Below the pieces are notes generated by a model that worked only from the letters and a program-made list of their open reading frames with translations, had not been told where the DNA came from and ran no database searches. This document shows positions 26,712-36,869 of a stretch of DNA of 64,000 nt, one piece after another (the stretch's first letter is position 1; the number at the start of each line of letters is the position of its first letter). The translations under genes were made by a program, and so were the position numbers. Source of the stretch: a virus; the IMG/VR virus record IMGVR_UViG_3300044814_000017, positions 6,209 to 70,208 of that record; one strand, given 5' to 3'.

Positions 26712-26942
26712 ATGAGCGATATTGTTGAGCGGCTAAGGGAAGTTGCGAATATCAAAAATGGCGGCCCGATCCCCGATGAACTGGCCCCAAATGTTTGGGG
26801 GGCTGCCCTCAACGATCTTTGCGCTGGTGCCGCCGATGAAATTGAGCGCCTTCGTGCCGATATTGTGCTGCTGCGATCAATGGCAGGCTCAGTATCATCG
26901 GGCCCAGCCTTCGTTGAGATCAAGAAGGATGCGCGTGGATGA
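26712..26942 (+). CDS. Small phage protein (MSDIVERL family)
   Basis: GAGGA RBS; AADEIERLR motif. Confidence 0.7.
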   Translation: MSDIVERLREVANIKNGGPIPDELAPNVWGAALNDLCAGAADEIERLRADIVLLRSMAGSVSSGPAFVEIKKDARG

Positions 26943-27196
26943 ACAAGCCCCGCATCATCACAGGCCAAGGCCCGCTAATTATCCCTAAAACAATGCCAGC
27001 AGGCGGCGACGAATGTGTTGAGTTGCTGGAAAGCATGCTCGCCAGCGCCAAGAAGGGCGATATGTCATGGCTCGTGGTTATTGCGGGCGGTCCAAGCGAT
27101 TATGGCGTGGCGCACGTCGGCAACAATGCGGCCCAGATGAACTTGGGCATTGATGTTGCCAAAGAGGCCATCCTCAAGCGGGTCAAGGTGGGATGA
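26939..27196 (+). CDS. Phage hypothetical protein
   Basis: ATGA-coupled 85-aa ORF. Confidence 0.65.
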   Translation: MNKPRIITGQGPLIIPKTMPAGGDECVELLESMLASAKKGDMSWLVVIAGGPSDYGVAHVGNNAAQMNLGIDVAKEAILKRVKVG

Positions 27197-27426
27197 TGTC
27201 ACGCAACTTTGGCCTTAGCCGCTCCCCGACGTACCGCATTGAAGGTCGATTTGGTGTGATGGGAGGCGTATCGGCAGAGGATGCCGATTGGTACGGCGCA
27301 ACAGTGCCAGATGCCAAAATCTACCCTGAGCGGGCACGTTTGGCGGGCTGGGTTTACATCCCTCTTATGGTTTTGCTGGTTTCTGTGTTAATCATCGGGC
27401 TCCGCATCCTCTTTGGGGGCTGAGCC

Positions 27427-29700
27427 TTGGCAGAGCCGCAACTTTCCGAACCTATCAACGTCCAGATTGTAGACGATGATAACAGCGCTGCCCGCGTTGT
27501 GGACGGGAATCTGGAAATCCCGACTCCGGACGGTGGCGTGGTGATCAAGTTCAATCCCACGCCCGATTCTGATCCAGATAACGACGATCCAGCCAAGTTC
27601 TACGAAAACATTGCCAGCAAAATACCTGAAGCCAAGCGAATGACGATCGCTGAGGAACTGATGGAAGCCATTGAGGCTGACGATCAGTCCCGCGCCGAAT
27701 CGCTCGCCAATCGTGCCAAAGGCATGGATTTACTTGGGCTGCAGATACAAGACCCTAAAGCGGGCGATGGCGCTGCGGCTGCGGACGGTATGTCTGTGGT
27801 GACCAATCCGTTGCTGCTCGATGCCATCCTGAAAGGTTGGGCCAACGCGCAGGCTGAATTCTTGCCGGCGGATGGCCCCTGCAAGGTTGAGGATTTTGGA
27901 ACCAATCCCAGCCAACAGCGCGACGAACTAGCCGACGCTTATGAGCGGGACATGAACTACTTTCTGACCTCAATTGCGACGGAATATGCGCCAGAGACCT
28001 CGCATATGCTGTTGTGGGGGACATTTTTCGGCGGGGCTGGCTTCAAGAAGGTGTACATGCACCCGATGAAGAAGCGGCCTACCTCGGAGAAGGTCGATAG
28101 CAAGGATTTGATTGTTTCCGATGCCACCACGGACCTGAAGTCGGTGGAGCGTATCACCCACGTTATCTCAATGCGCCAATCGGTTATGAAGCGCATGCAA
28201 ATGAAAGAGTTTTATCTTGAGGTGACGCTGACACCGCCGACGCCGACGCCGAATGCGGTTGATGAAAAGACAGCCGCTATTCAGGGAGTATTTGCCAGCA
28301 AATCGCGACCGGAAGATCAGCCCTATACGCTATGGGAAACGCAGTGCGAGCTTGATCTAGAAGAGTTTGCACCGAAGGATTTCAAAGGCAAGGGCATCCC
28401 ACTTCCGTATCTGGTCACGATCGAGAAGGATTCGCGAGTTATTCTGGCGGTGCGCCGAGATTGGAAACCGGAGGATGAGGACTGCATGCGGAAGCGCATG
28501 TACGTCAAGTATCCTTACGTGCCGGGACCGGGTTTTTATGGCACTGGCCTGCTGAATATCTTGGGCAATTCCACTGCGGCGATGACGGCGGCGTGGCGGA
28601 TGTGCCTTGATGCCGGCATGTTGGCGAACTTCCCGGCGTTCTTGATTGCGAAACTGGCGGGGCGGCAGAATACCAGCGATTACACACTCAACGCAGGGAC
28701 TGGCACGCCGATTGAGACAGGCGGCCGTCCAATCAATGAGGTGGTCGCGGACCTTCCGTACAAGGAGGCTGGCCCCGGCCTAATGGCGCTGATTGACAAG
28801 ATCACGGAGCAATCCAAGAGCGTAGGAGCGGCGGCTGAAATTCCTGTCGGAGAGGGCATTCAGAACATCCCCGTAGGCACCATGCTTGCCCATATTGAGA
28901 TGGCTACCAAACTGATGGCGGCCACGCACAAGGGTATGCATAACGCTCAGGATGAGGAACTTGGGCTAATCGCGGACTTGTTCCGGGAGGCCCCCGAATC
29001 GTTTTGGAAGGCCAACAAATCGAAGGCGTCGCGGGCGTTCGGATGGACAGCGGATAAATTACTGCAAGCGCTGGATACCGTGACGCTGGTGCCTAAGTCG
29101 GACCCAAACATTCCGAGCCATATCCATCGAACCATGCGGGCCGTGGCGTTGGTAGAACTGCAATCCGGCCCGCTAGGCGCGTTGATGGACCCGGTTGAAA
29201 CGCTCAAGCGGACCCTGCGGGCCATGCGTGAGGACCCGAACGGCTTGGTCAAGCAACCGCCGCCCTCGGATGGCAAGCCATCGCCAGAGGAAACGACGGC
29301 CAACGCCAAGATGCTTGATGCTCAGACCAAGGCCAAGAAACTAGAGGTGGTTGAGGCGCCGGAGATGGCCCAGAAGGCGCAACTAGACCAGCAAAAGACC
29401 GAAGGCGTCATTAAAGGCAAGACAATTGATCTGGCGCGCACGCTGGTTACCCATGGCGGGGAGCGTGAGGATGCGGCGCATCAGCGCCAAGTCGATACCG
29501 TTGACCATGGTGTGAAAGTTGCGGACCACCTCCACACCCGCGAAATGGATCACAAGACGCATGACCTTGAAGAGCGCAAACATGGTTTGAATATGCAGAC
29601 CGCAGCGTCTGATGCTGCACTTGGGGCGCAGAAAGCGACAACGGAAACCGCGAAAGCGTTTGCACCGAACTCCGAACCGAAACCAAGAGGCAAGAAATGA
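27427..29700 (+). CDS. Portal protein
   Basis: 757 aa downstream of terL; GAGFKKVY, PGPGFYGTGL, DAGMLANFP, PVGTMLA motifs of podovirus-like portals. Confidence 0.88.
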   Translation: MAEPQLSEPINVQIVDDDNSAARVVDGNLEIPTPDGGVVIKFNPTPDSDPDNDDPAKFYENIASKIPEAKRMTIAEELMEAIEADDQSRAESLANRAKGMDLLGLQIQDPKAGDGAAAADGMSVVTNPLLLDAILKGWANAQAEFLPADGPCKVEDFGTNPSQQRDELADAYERDMNYFLTSIATEYAPETSHMLLWGTFFGGAGFKKVYMHPMKKRPTSEKVDSKDLIVSDATTDLKSVERITHVISMRQSVMKRMQMKEFYLEVTLTPPTPTPNAVDEKTAAIQGVFASKSRPEDQPYTLWETQCELDLEEFAPKDFKGKGIPLPYLVTIEKDSRVILAVRRDWKPEDEDCMRKRMYVKYPYVPGPGFYGTGLLNILGNSTAAMTAAWRMCLDAGMLANFPAFLIAKLAGRQNTSDYTLNAGTGTPIETGGRPINEVVADLPYKEAGPGLMALIDKITEQSKSVGAAAEIPVGEGIQNIPVGTMLAHIEMATKLMAATHKGMHNAQDEELGLIADLFREAPESFWKANKSKASRAFGWTADKLLQALDTVTLVPKSDPNIPSHIHRTMRAVALVELQSGPLGALMDPVETLKRTLRAMREDPNGLVKQPPPSDGKPSPEETTANAKMLDAQTKAKKLEVVEAPEMAQKAQLDQQKTEGVIKGKTIDLARTLVTHGGEREDAAHQRQVDTVDHGVKVADHLHTREMDHKTHDLEERKHGLNMQTAASDAALGAQKATTETAKAFAPNSEPKPRGKK

Positions 29701-29971
29701 CAGGATCGTCACCCGCAGCGGTATTGCGCTCAATTGCCCACCGGCTGGGCTGTTCTTATGCTGATATCGAATCGGTCATAAACGAAAAAATGGGCGGGAA
29801 ACCAATTGTGGCGGTTTCGGATGCTGATGTTAGATTGGACGCGATCCGCAAAAAGCTGATGACCCCAGAGGGCGAGTGCGTGGTTAAGCAAGCTGCAAGG
29901 ATGATTGCTAAAACCTGATTTTGGTGCGATATAGAGCCATACAGCTACGTTGCCACACAAAGGAGACCGAT

Positions 29972-30652
29972 GTGGGACACCCTTTTGCAGCTCATAGGCA
30001 AGGCAAGGTCGAGAAATCCCGCGTCGGTCATATTACCAGAGGCTACGCGAGTGGCGGTGCTGTTCATAGCGACGAAAAGCAGGACCGCAAGCTGATCCGG
30101 AAGATGGTTGGCGAGATGGTCCCGGACGGGGACAAATCCAAACATCGCGCGGATCGTCCTCATCGCGCTAAGGGTGGTCGCGTCAAGGGGAATTCACGCA
30201 CCATAGTTAATGTTATCACGGGCGGGAATCCGGCAACCGGAACCCCGCCGCCCCTGCCCCCAGCGCCGCCCATGGGCGGTGCTCCCGCTGGCGCTATGCC
30301 GCCGCCCCACCCGCCGATGGCACTACCGCCCGGCGCTGGCCCGGGGATGGCCCCTCCGATGCCGATGCGGGCCAAGGGCGGTCGGGTCAATGCTGGTAGC
30401 AAAGTATACGAGGAAGGCCGCCGCAACGGCACTCAGGTCCAGCATGATGCTGGCAAAAACGATATCAGCCCGAAGAACCTCAATCGCCCCCGTGTCGTGA
30501 CATTCAATACTGGCGGTGGCGTGAAATCGTTCAAGGTTGGCGGTCGCGTTGAATCGCCTGATGGCGTAGCCAAGGCGAGCAAATTACCGGGAGGCGCAGG
30601 CGGCGGCGAGGCGCGGCTTACGAAGGCCCACCGTCAGGCGCGCAAGGGCTGA
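29972..30652 (+). CDS. Basic Pro/Gly-rich virion-associated protein with five GG motifs
   Basis: AGGAG RBS before GTG 29972; YASGGAV, RAKGGRV x2, FNTGGGV, FKVGGRV. Confidence 0.75.
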   Translation: MGHPFAAHRQGKVEKSRVGHITRGYASGGAVHSDEKQDRKLIRKMVGEMVPDGDKSKHRADRPHRAKGGRVKGNSRTIVNVITGGNPATGTPPPLPPAPPMGGAPAGAMPPPHPPMALPPGAGPGMAPPMPMRAKGGRVNAGSKVYEEGRRNGTQVQHDAGKNDISPKNLNRPRVVTFNTGGGVKSFKVGGRVESPDGVAKASKLPGGAGGGEARLTKAHRQARKG

Positions 30653-30882
30653 TGGCTGGTGTTCGACCATTGGCGGCATCTCTGGTCAACATGCAGGCCG
30701 ATGACCACCCGCAACTCGTTAGCCATCTTGAGGCTGGTTTGCTTGAAGAGCGCCAAAGCCAAGTACTGAGCCTGATCGAATCGAAAGACTGGCCAGATTT
30801 TGAGAAGCGCCGGGGCCTGATATTAGGGTTGGACGCTGCGCTTGCGCTTTGCCAATCCGCGCGAAAGAAGCTAGAAGGCTGA
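30652..30882 (+). CDS. Small head-region protein
   Basis: DWPDFEKRRGLILGL pattern; coupled to the upstream gene. Confidence 0.65.
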   Translation: MAGVRPLAASLVNMQADDHPQLVSHLEAGLLEERQSQVLSLIESKDWPDFEKRRGLILGLDAALALCQSARKKLEG

Positions 30883-30915
30883 AACCGTTCCATGCTGGGA
30901 CGGTAATACGCAGGG

Positions 30916-31311
30916 ATGCACCCTTTGAAGGCCACGAAGGCAAATCAATCCGCGCAACCCGTCAGCGACGATCTGCCGGACACTGCGGTTAAAATTTACG
31001 CCAACAATTGGGTGGCTACAGTTATCGCCTCGCCTGAGGCGGATGAAAACGGATTTTTCAACGTATATGCCACCACTATCGGCAATACGCTTACCGATGC
31101 TACGACTGCAGCAATGTTTGTTCTGAATGCGTTTGCTTTTGGTAGAACCGCATTTATTCGTGCAGTTCCTGAGGCTCATTCGGAAACCTCATTTGATGGT
31201 AAAATCACACAACATCGCGGGTTTGTTCGGTTCTGCTATAAGCTGGAACTTGGCACTTGGCGTTATCCTGATCCAGCAGTTAAAATTCCCCTAATCGGAG
31301 AGGCGTCTTAA
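30916..31311 (+). CDS. Hypothetical protein
   Basis: 131-aa ORF filling the gap before groES. Confidence 0.55.
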   Translation: MHPLKATKANQSAQPVSDDLPDTAVKIYANNWVATVIASPEADENGFFNVYATTIGNTLTDATTAAMFVLNAFAFGRTAFIRAVPEAHSETSFDGKITQHRGFVRFCYKLELGTWRYPDPAVKIPLIGEAS

Positions 31312-31734
31312 ATGGCTCGTTCCAATGCCATCGGCAAAATGCGTGAGATTGCCGAATCCAGCGACGACCCGCGCACAGCCCTGCTTAATGCCATCGGCAA
31401 AAAGACGTTGCGGGAATTTACCGTTCTGCATTCTCAGGTGTTGATAGCGACCTACGTCCGTGCCGCCAAGACTGCTGGCGGTATTTTTATGCCCGATAAG
31501 GTGATTGAGGAAGATCGCTGGCAGGGCAATATCGGCCTTGTGATAGCGCTCGGTAAAGGCGCGTTCAAGGACGACGGGGTGGCTCAATTCCACGGCGATA
31601 CGCTCGAAATCGGCGATTGGGTGATGTATGTTCCGGCCGATGGTGTATCGCTGTTCATCCGTCAGGTGCCATGCCGTTTGTTTCAGGATAGCCGCATTCT
31701 GATGAAGGTCACCAATCCGGAGATTTATTACTGA
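31312..31734 (+). CDS. groES: GroES-like co-chaperonin
   Basis: KTAGGIFMPD mobile loop, GLVIALGKG, IGDWVMY. Confidence 0.85.
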   Translation: MARSNAIGKMREIAESSDDPRTALLNAIGKKTLREFTVLHSQVLIATYVRAAKTAGGIFMPDKVIEEDRWQGNIGLVIALGKGAFKDDGVAQFHGDTLEIGDWVMYVPADGVSLFIRQVPCRLFQDSRILMKVTNPEIYY

Positions 31735-32021
31735 TGGATGGGCGAATCGAAGCGAAGATTAAAGCGTTTGTTGCTGAGCGTGACGAGATGCTGCTGGAAT
31801 GCGATATCGACCGCATGAAGGCATTCCACGCTAAGTATAACCCCAACACAAAACCATTCTCCAATGATGAGGTGGCATGGTTGAGTCTTCATAAGGCGCG
31901 AACTGGCGCAAAGTCTCTCCCGCTGGAGGCACGACTGCAATCTTATAATTGGCTGAAAGAGCGCGGTTTTTCGTCATTAGACGACGGGGAATTGGCTGCG
32001 GCTGCACAAGGAGTAAACTAG
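31734..32021 (+). CDS. Hypothetical protein
   Basis: Coupled 95-aa ORF. Confidence 0.65.
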   Translation: MDGRIEAKIKAFVAERDEMLLECDIDRMKAFHAKYNPNTKPFSNDEVAWLSLHKARTGAKSLPLEARLQSYNWLKERGFSSLDDGELAAAAQGVN

Positions 32022-32024
32022 CCC

Positions 32025-33011
32025 ATGCCCGATCTTGACGATGAAGTAGTAACCGTCACCATCCCGCTTGAGGAAGGGGCTGGGACCATAACGAAAATCG
32101 AAGGGGATGGCGGGGCTGCGAAGTCTGCCGACGAAGCCGATCCTATCGCGGACCTAAAGGGTCAATTCGAAACCCTCAAGGGAACGCTGGGCCAGACCAC
32201 CCAACGCCTTGCGGGAGCCGAGCGGCAACTTGTAGTCAAGGACCAAGAGATTGCCGAAGTCCGGGGCCAAGTCGTCGAAAGCCAATTGGATACGGTTACG
32301 AGCGGCATCGCGGCGGCTGAGGCAGAGGCGGCAAGTGCTGAAGCGGCCTTTATCGCGGCGGCTGAGGCTGGCGACTTCACTGCACAGGCCAAGGCGCAAC
32401 GCAAGATATCGGCTGCTGAGACCCGTATCCAGCGGCTTACGGAGGCCAAGGCGGACCTTGAGGACGCCAAGCCCGCCAAGATCACGGCGCGCACAGAAGC
32501 GAGTCCTGAGCGCCAAGCCCAGCAAGACCCCGTTGAGGCGGTAGCATCCGGCATGGCCCCCCGCGCAGCGGCATGGATACGGTCGCATCCGGAATGCATC
32601 ACGGACAAAGCCAAGAACTCCAAGATGATGGCGACGCACTATGCGGCGCTTGCGGACGGGCTGGAGGAAGGCGGCAACGATTATTTCGCTCGGCTTGACG
32701 CTATGGTGAATGTTGCTCCCGTCAAACTCGAAACCAAGCCAGCCGCGCAGCAGTCGACCAATGGCACGCGACCCATGTCAGCGGCGGCATCGGGGGCTGG
32801 TGCGGGCGGCGGCATGAATGGAGGCGGTACTACCGTAACGCTAACGCGGCGGGAGGTCGAAGCGGCCACGGACGGCAGCTTGGTTTATAATTTCGATGAT
32901 CCGAATGGGAAATTCAAGAAAAATGACCCGATCGGTATACAGGAATTCGGTCGCCGCAAAGCCGCTCTCACCAAGCAGGGGGCTTACGACCGTTCGTATA
33001 ATGAATCATGA
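32025..33011 (+). CDS. Probable capsid scaffolding protein
   Basis: Acidic Ala-rich coiled coil between portal and capsid genes. Confidence 0.65.
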   Translation: MPDLDDEVVTVTIPLEEGAGTITKIEGDGGAAKSADEADPIADLKGQFETLKGTLGQTTQRLAGAERQLVVKDQEIAEVRGQVVESQLDTVTSGIAAAEAEAASAEAAFIAAAEAGDFTAQAKAQRKISAAETRIQRLTEAKADLEDAKPAKITARTEASPERQAQQDPVEAVASGMAPRAAAWIRSHPECITDKAKNSKMMATHYAALADGLEEGGNDYFARLDAMVNVAPVKLETKPAAQQSTNGTRPMSAAASGAGAGGGMNGGGTTVTLTRREVEAATDGSLVYNFDDPNGKFKKNDPIGIQEFGRRKAALTKQGAYDRSYNES

Positions 33012-33715
33012 AACGCGCCCGCGATATCATTGACCGCGAGATAATCGACGACCTATGGGGCGCTGGCTACACGATATTGCCGCGCAATAGGCACGTCGAT
33101 CCGTTCTTTGTGCCGCCAGAGATTATCCCGCAGGGGCGAGCATATCAGTGGATGCACCTTGTTCATGATAAGTTTTGGATTGCCAACGGCTGGGCTGCGG
33201 TGTCGGCATCGCGCCATGACGGCTATTTCATGCCGGCGGGCTTTGTCGGCGATATCGAGGTCAATGGCCTAGGGTTGTTCGAAAAGCCGAAGTTTGAGGT
33301 TGATCGGGACCGCGCTGAGCAGACTGCGACGGCACATAAGCAGGTTGACGACTGGAAAGAGAAATGGGGCGGTCAATTCTCTGGCGAAACCGTTGTAAGC
33401 GGCGAGCGTACTGAAATTGGAGCGACCAAGACGATTGAGGACACGACCAAAATCCCACGCGACCTTACGCCGTACATTGCCCAGATATTCGAGGAGAGGG
33501 ATAGGCTTGGCCGTATAGCCGCCGAATGCCTGCAGGACGGCACCGGCGATTCCGAGGTTGACGCTGCGGTAGAGGCCTATAAGAACGCCGTAGAAAACGA
33601 CGAAAATCTATCAAAATGGCCAGCCATGAACGCCCTTGTGCTGCCCAAGGCCATCGAAAACGTCCGCAAACGAATCACTAAGGAGGCCAGCCATGGCGAC
33701 GACCGCGCGACTTGA
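33008..33715 (+). CDS. Head-region protein, paralog of the next gene
   Basis: PQGRAYQW...NGWAAVSASRH...GLGLFEKP. Confidence 0.7.
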   Translation: MKRARDIIDREIIDDLWGAGYTILPRNRHVDPFFVPPEIIPQGRAYQWMHLVHDKFWIANGWAAVSASRHDGYFMPAGFVGDIEVNGLGLFEKPKFEVDRDRAEQTATAHKQVDDWKEKWGGQFSGETVVSGERTEIGATKTIEDTTKIPRDLTPYIAQIFEERDRLGRIAAECLQDGTGDSEVDAAVEAYKNAVENDENLSKWPAMNALVLPKAIENVRKRITKEASHGDDRAT

Positions 33716-34427
33716 GATTGACCAGTTAACCCCGCCAGCCCCGAAGGGCGGCAAGACGGCAGAAGCGCCATGGGGGTACAAGGCGGATGGTGTTACGCCC
33801 CGGGGTCGACCCGGCAGACAAGCCAAGGCGCATCCGTCAACGGTGCCGAGCGCAGCGCACGCGGCCCCGCCGCTACGTCGCAATAATCCGCGCCCCGTGC
33901 CGCGAGAGCAGCCCCGCGAAATGGTGCGTGAACCAACACGAGGAAACGCCTCTGTGCTGGGGCGCAACGGCGAGGAACTGACCCGCATGCGGCCTGAGGC
34001 TGGCGGCGATATTTACGATAAGGTCAAGGCTCCTGCCGGATGGTCATATCAGTGGAACACGATCACCGTCACCGGCAAGGAGATGGACGAAATAGAATTG
34101 CAGATGTTTGCGAACGGCTGGCGACCTGTGCCAGCGTCGCGGCATCCAGGCGTGTATACCCCGACTGGATATGATGGTGCGATCATCGTGCGCGGGCTGC
34201 GACTTGAGGAACGCCCTGAGACATTGACCCTTGAGGCAATGTATGAGGATCAGACCCGGGCTCGCCAGCAAACGCGGGATCAGACCGATGCACTACGACT
34301 TACCCAAGCAAAGTTACCGGGGGCTAACGTTGGCGCGCGGGGCAACAAAGTTGCCATCCAGGTGGATGCATCACTGACACGGGATATCCCGCGTCCGCAG
34401 CATATGATCGATGACGACGGGGAATAA
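33693..34427 (+). CDS. Head-region conserved protein
   Basis: AAGGAGG RBS; PAGWSYQW...NGWRPVPASRHP...GLRLEERP. Confidence 0.75.
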   Translation: MATTARLEIDQLTPPAPKGGKTAEAPWGYKADGVTPRGRPGRQAKAHPSTVPSAAHAAPPLRRNNPRPVPREQPREMVREPTRGNASVLGRNGEELTRMRPEAGGDIYDKVKAPAGWSYQWNTITVTGKEMDEIELQMFANGWRPVPASRHPGVYTPTGYDGAIIVRGLRLEERPETLTLEAMYEDQTRARQQTRDQTDALRLTQAKLPGANVGARGNKVAIQVDASLTRDIPRPQHMIDDDGE

Positions 34428-35136
34428 TTTGGCCAACGTTCTAGTTTTTGTCCCCTGTTACGGCCATCAGGTGTCGGCTGCGACGTTTCAGTCTACGCAT
34501 CGTATGATGCCAGTGCTCCACGCCAAGGGGCATTCGGTGGCTATTTCGACGGCCTCGAGTCCAGACATCAGCGAAGTTAGAAATGTCGCGTTAACACATT
34601 GGTATGACGGCATGGAAGGGGCTAGCCATCTACTCATGATCGACGCAGACATGGGGTTCCCCCCCGAAGTCGTGATCGACATGCTGGCCCTGAACGAGCC
34701 GATGGTGGGTGTGATCTACCCCAAAAAGCTGCTGGATATCGAATGGGCAGCGTCGGGCTGGGGCAAGGATGCCAATGCCGGCGGCAAAGGCCATTTCGTG
34801 AAGGTGCGTGGGTTAGGGATGGGGTGTTTCCTGATCCGGCGCGATGCCGTCACGACGATGTTGGGGAAGTTGCCGGATATCGTTGATACAGGATTTGATC
34901 CAGGGTCGCATCCGAAGGATCGGATGATTCGCGCGTTTGACCCGATGCGTAACGCCATTGGCCATCGCATGTCTGAGGATATCTCGTTCTGCTATCGCTG
35001 GGAACTATGCGGCGGCGAGATATGGGGCGCTGGCGGGTATGAAATCGAGCACGTCGGCATGCATTCGTTCAAAGCGTGCTATGCCAAATGGGCCGATGAG
35101 AAGGCTAAGGCTGAGTTAGTGCAGGCAGCAGAGTGA
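34411..35136 (+). CDS. GT-A fold glycosyltransferase
   Basis: VFVPCYG, RN, LLMIDADMGF (DxD), GMGCFLIRR, SEDISFC. Confidence 0.85.
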   Translation: MTTGNNLANVLVFVPCYGHQVSAATFQSTHRMMPVLHAKGHSVAISTASSPDISEVRNVALTHWYDGMEGASHLLMIDADMGFPPEVVIDMLALNEPMVGVIYPKKLLDIEWAASGWGKDANAGGKGHFVKVRGLGMGCFLIRRDAVTTMLGKLPDIVDTGFDPGSHPKDRMIRAFDPMRNAIGHRMSEDISFCYRWELCGGEIWGAGGYEIEHVGMHSFKACYAKWADEKAKAELVQAAE

Positions 35137-35811
35137 TCCAGTACGATCCCAAGCAGCCTTTCGCCATCAAACGCTGCAAGCACGGCCTGATGGCCTACAG
35201 CAGGAATGATACGCTAATCGGCCGCTCGCTGGATTCCTACGGCGAATGGTGCGAATATGAGATTGAGCTGCTGCAGACGGTTATTAAGCTGGGCGATGTT
35301 GTTATTGATGTTGGGGCCAACATCGGCACGCACGCGGTAGCGTTGGCGGGATTGGTAGGGCCTACCGGTCATGTTTTTGCTTATGAGCCGCAGCCTCGCT
35401 TGCACAGGTTTTTGGCGGCGAACATCGCGTTAAATGAAATTGATAATGTTTCTGCGTACCAAATCGCCATAGGGGCGCAATTTGGGCATGTATGGCTGAT
35501 TTGCCGCCCGATCATACTGTTTTTAATTTCGGAGCACTTCCACTCAATGCCCCTACTTCTGCCCATGGTCGCACCATGGTCATGGGTATTGACGCGACAC
35601 GAGCCAAACCATCCTTGATCAAGATTGATGTTGAGGGCATGGAGGCCGATGTTATTCGCGGTGCGCGCGAGACAATAGCGCGGCATTCCCCGGTTCTGTA
35701 TCTAGAAAACAACGGCGATAACTCGACTGCCATCGCACCAGTGCTAGACGAAATAGGATATCGGGTGCTGTCCTAGTTAGGACACTCGCGACCGGGAATT
35801 AGGACAGTCTG

Positions 35812-36153
35812 CTACTCAACGATGCGCGGCTTCAGTATGGCCTTTAAGGTCATCGAAACCTCAGTCCTAGTCGTGGACGGAGCGGTCGCAACGATGAAGT
35901 CGGAGAGTAGGTCCACAATCTCGCTGGAGTCATAGACCAGCTGATTTGGGTATCGGTCAGAAATGTAATCCGGATGCCGAAAGGTGATTACCTGGGGCCA
36001 GTATTGGGCGGCGGCCTCATAGCCCGTCGGCGACGAGCCGTCCTTTTCAAATTGCAAAACTGGATAGTCGTCGATCACGCATTCGTATGAAAAGCGCTTC
36101 ATAACGCTTTTCAATGACGGAAGCGGAATAGGGATCAGCGCAATAATTGGCAT
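35812..36153 (-). CDS. Cargo hypothetical protein, possible toxin partner of the HicB-like gene
   Basis: Downstream of the HicB-like ORF; N-terminus only loosely HicA-like. Confidence 0.5.
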   Translation of the reverse strand: MPIIALIPIPLPSLKSVMKRFSYECVIDDYPVLQFEKDGSSPTGYEAAAQYWPQVITFRHPDYISDRYPNQLVYDSSEIVDLLSDFIVATAPSTTRTEVSMTLKAILKPRIVE

Positions 36154-36272
36154 GACGCCTCGACGGGAACCCAACTCAAGGGAGATCTGCCATAGCAGAA
36201 AGCCGACCCGCGGGCTGCGAATCGGCTGTTGCCCAAAGTCCTAGCAGGGAACCAGAAACTCTAAAAGGCGCT

Positions 36273-36599
36273 TTAACAGTGCATTTCAGGCGATTTTGTC
36301 GCTATCACCACATTTTTAAGGAGTAGTTCGGACGCATCTTCTTCGTCGTCCGCGCTCAAATGATCTTTGAATGCTGAAAGCGAGGAGTCTAGATGATAAT
36401 CGGTATGAACCTTATACAGGCGTGAAATGTGCATGCTCAGGGCTTTAGCGGCCTCATTGAACGTCTTTTCAAGAGACGTGCTGCCGTAATAGAAGCCTCC
36501 CACGCTCGGGGCGGTGAAAACGTGGGACTTGCCAATCTGCTTGTAGATCAGTTCTATCTCGGCAGGCGGCGCCCCGTGTGGGGTATGTTGACCGGTCAT
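36273..36599 (-). CDS. HicB-like protein
   Basis: IELIYKQ...VFTAPSVGGFYYGSTSLEKTFNEAAKAL resembles the HicB N-terminal fold pattern; GAGG RBS. Confidence 0.55.
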   Translation of the reverse strand: MTGQHTPHGAPPAEIELIYKQIGKSHVFTAPSVGGFYYGSTSLEKTFNEAAKALSMHISRLYKVHTDYHLDSSLSAFKDHLSADDEEDASELLLKNVVIATKSPEMHC

Positions 36600-36768
36600 T
36601 TTTTCCTCGGCGAGAACAACTCAAACGGGGCGGGCTAGTTCCTGAGGAATCGCGCCATATGCGCGGGGACTCCGTTCGGCAGTTCTGTCAAGCCCTTTTG
36701 CGAAAAAAGATTGTATAGGAACTGCCAAATCCACACAATCGGTATGTTTACAACGCCTCATGTGGTGC

Positions 36769-36784
36769 TTAACCGAGCGTTAAC
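36769..36784 (+). promoter_or_regulatory. CtrA-consensus box
   Basis: TTAA-CCGAGCG-TTAAC is an exact TTAA-N7-TTAAC match in an intergenic gap. Confidence 0.55.
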
Positions 36785-36869
36785 CGTCTATATCTAGCTG
36801 CATGGCTGATTCTGCAAGTGTGGATACTGTGGACAACCGCTAGATTTGGTGATTAGGGACCTAGATTCC

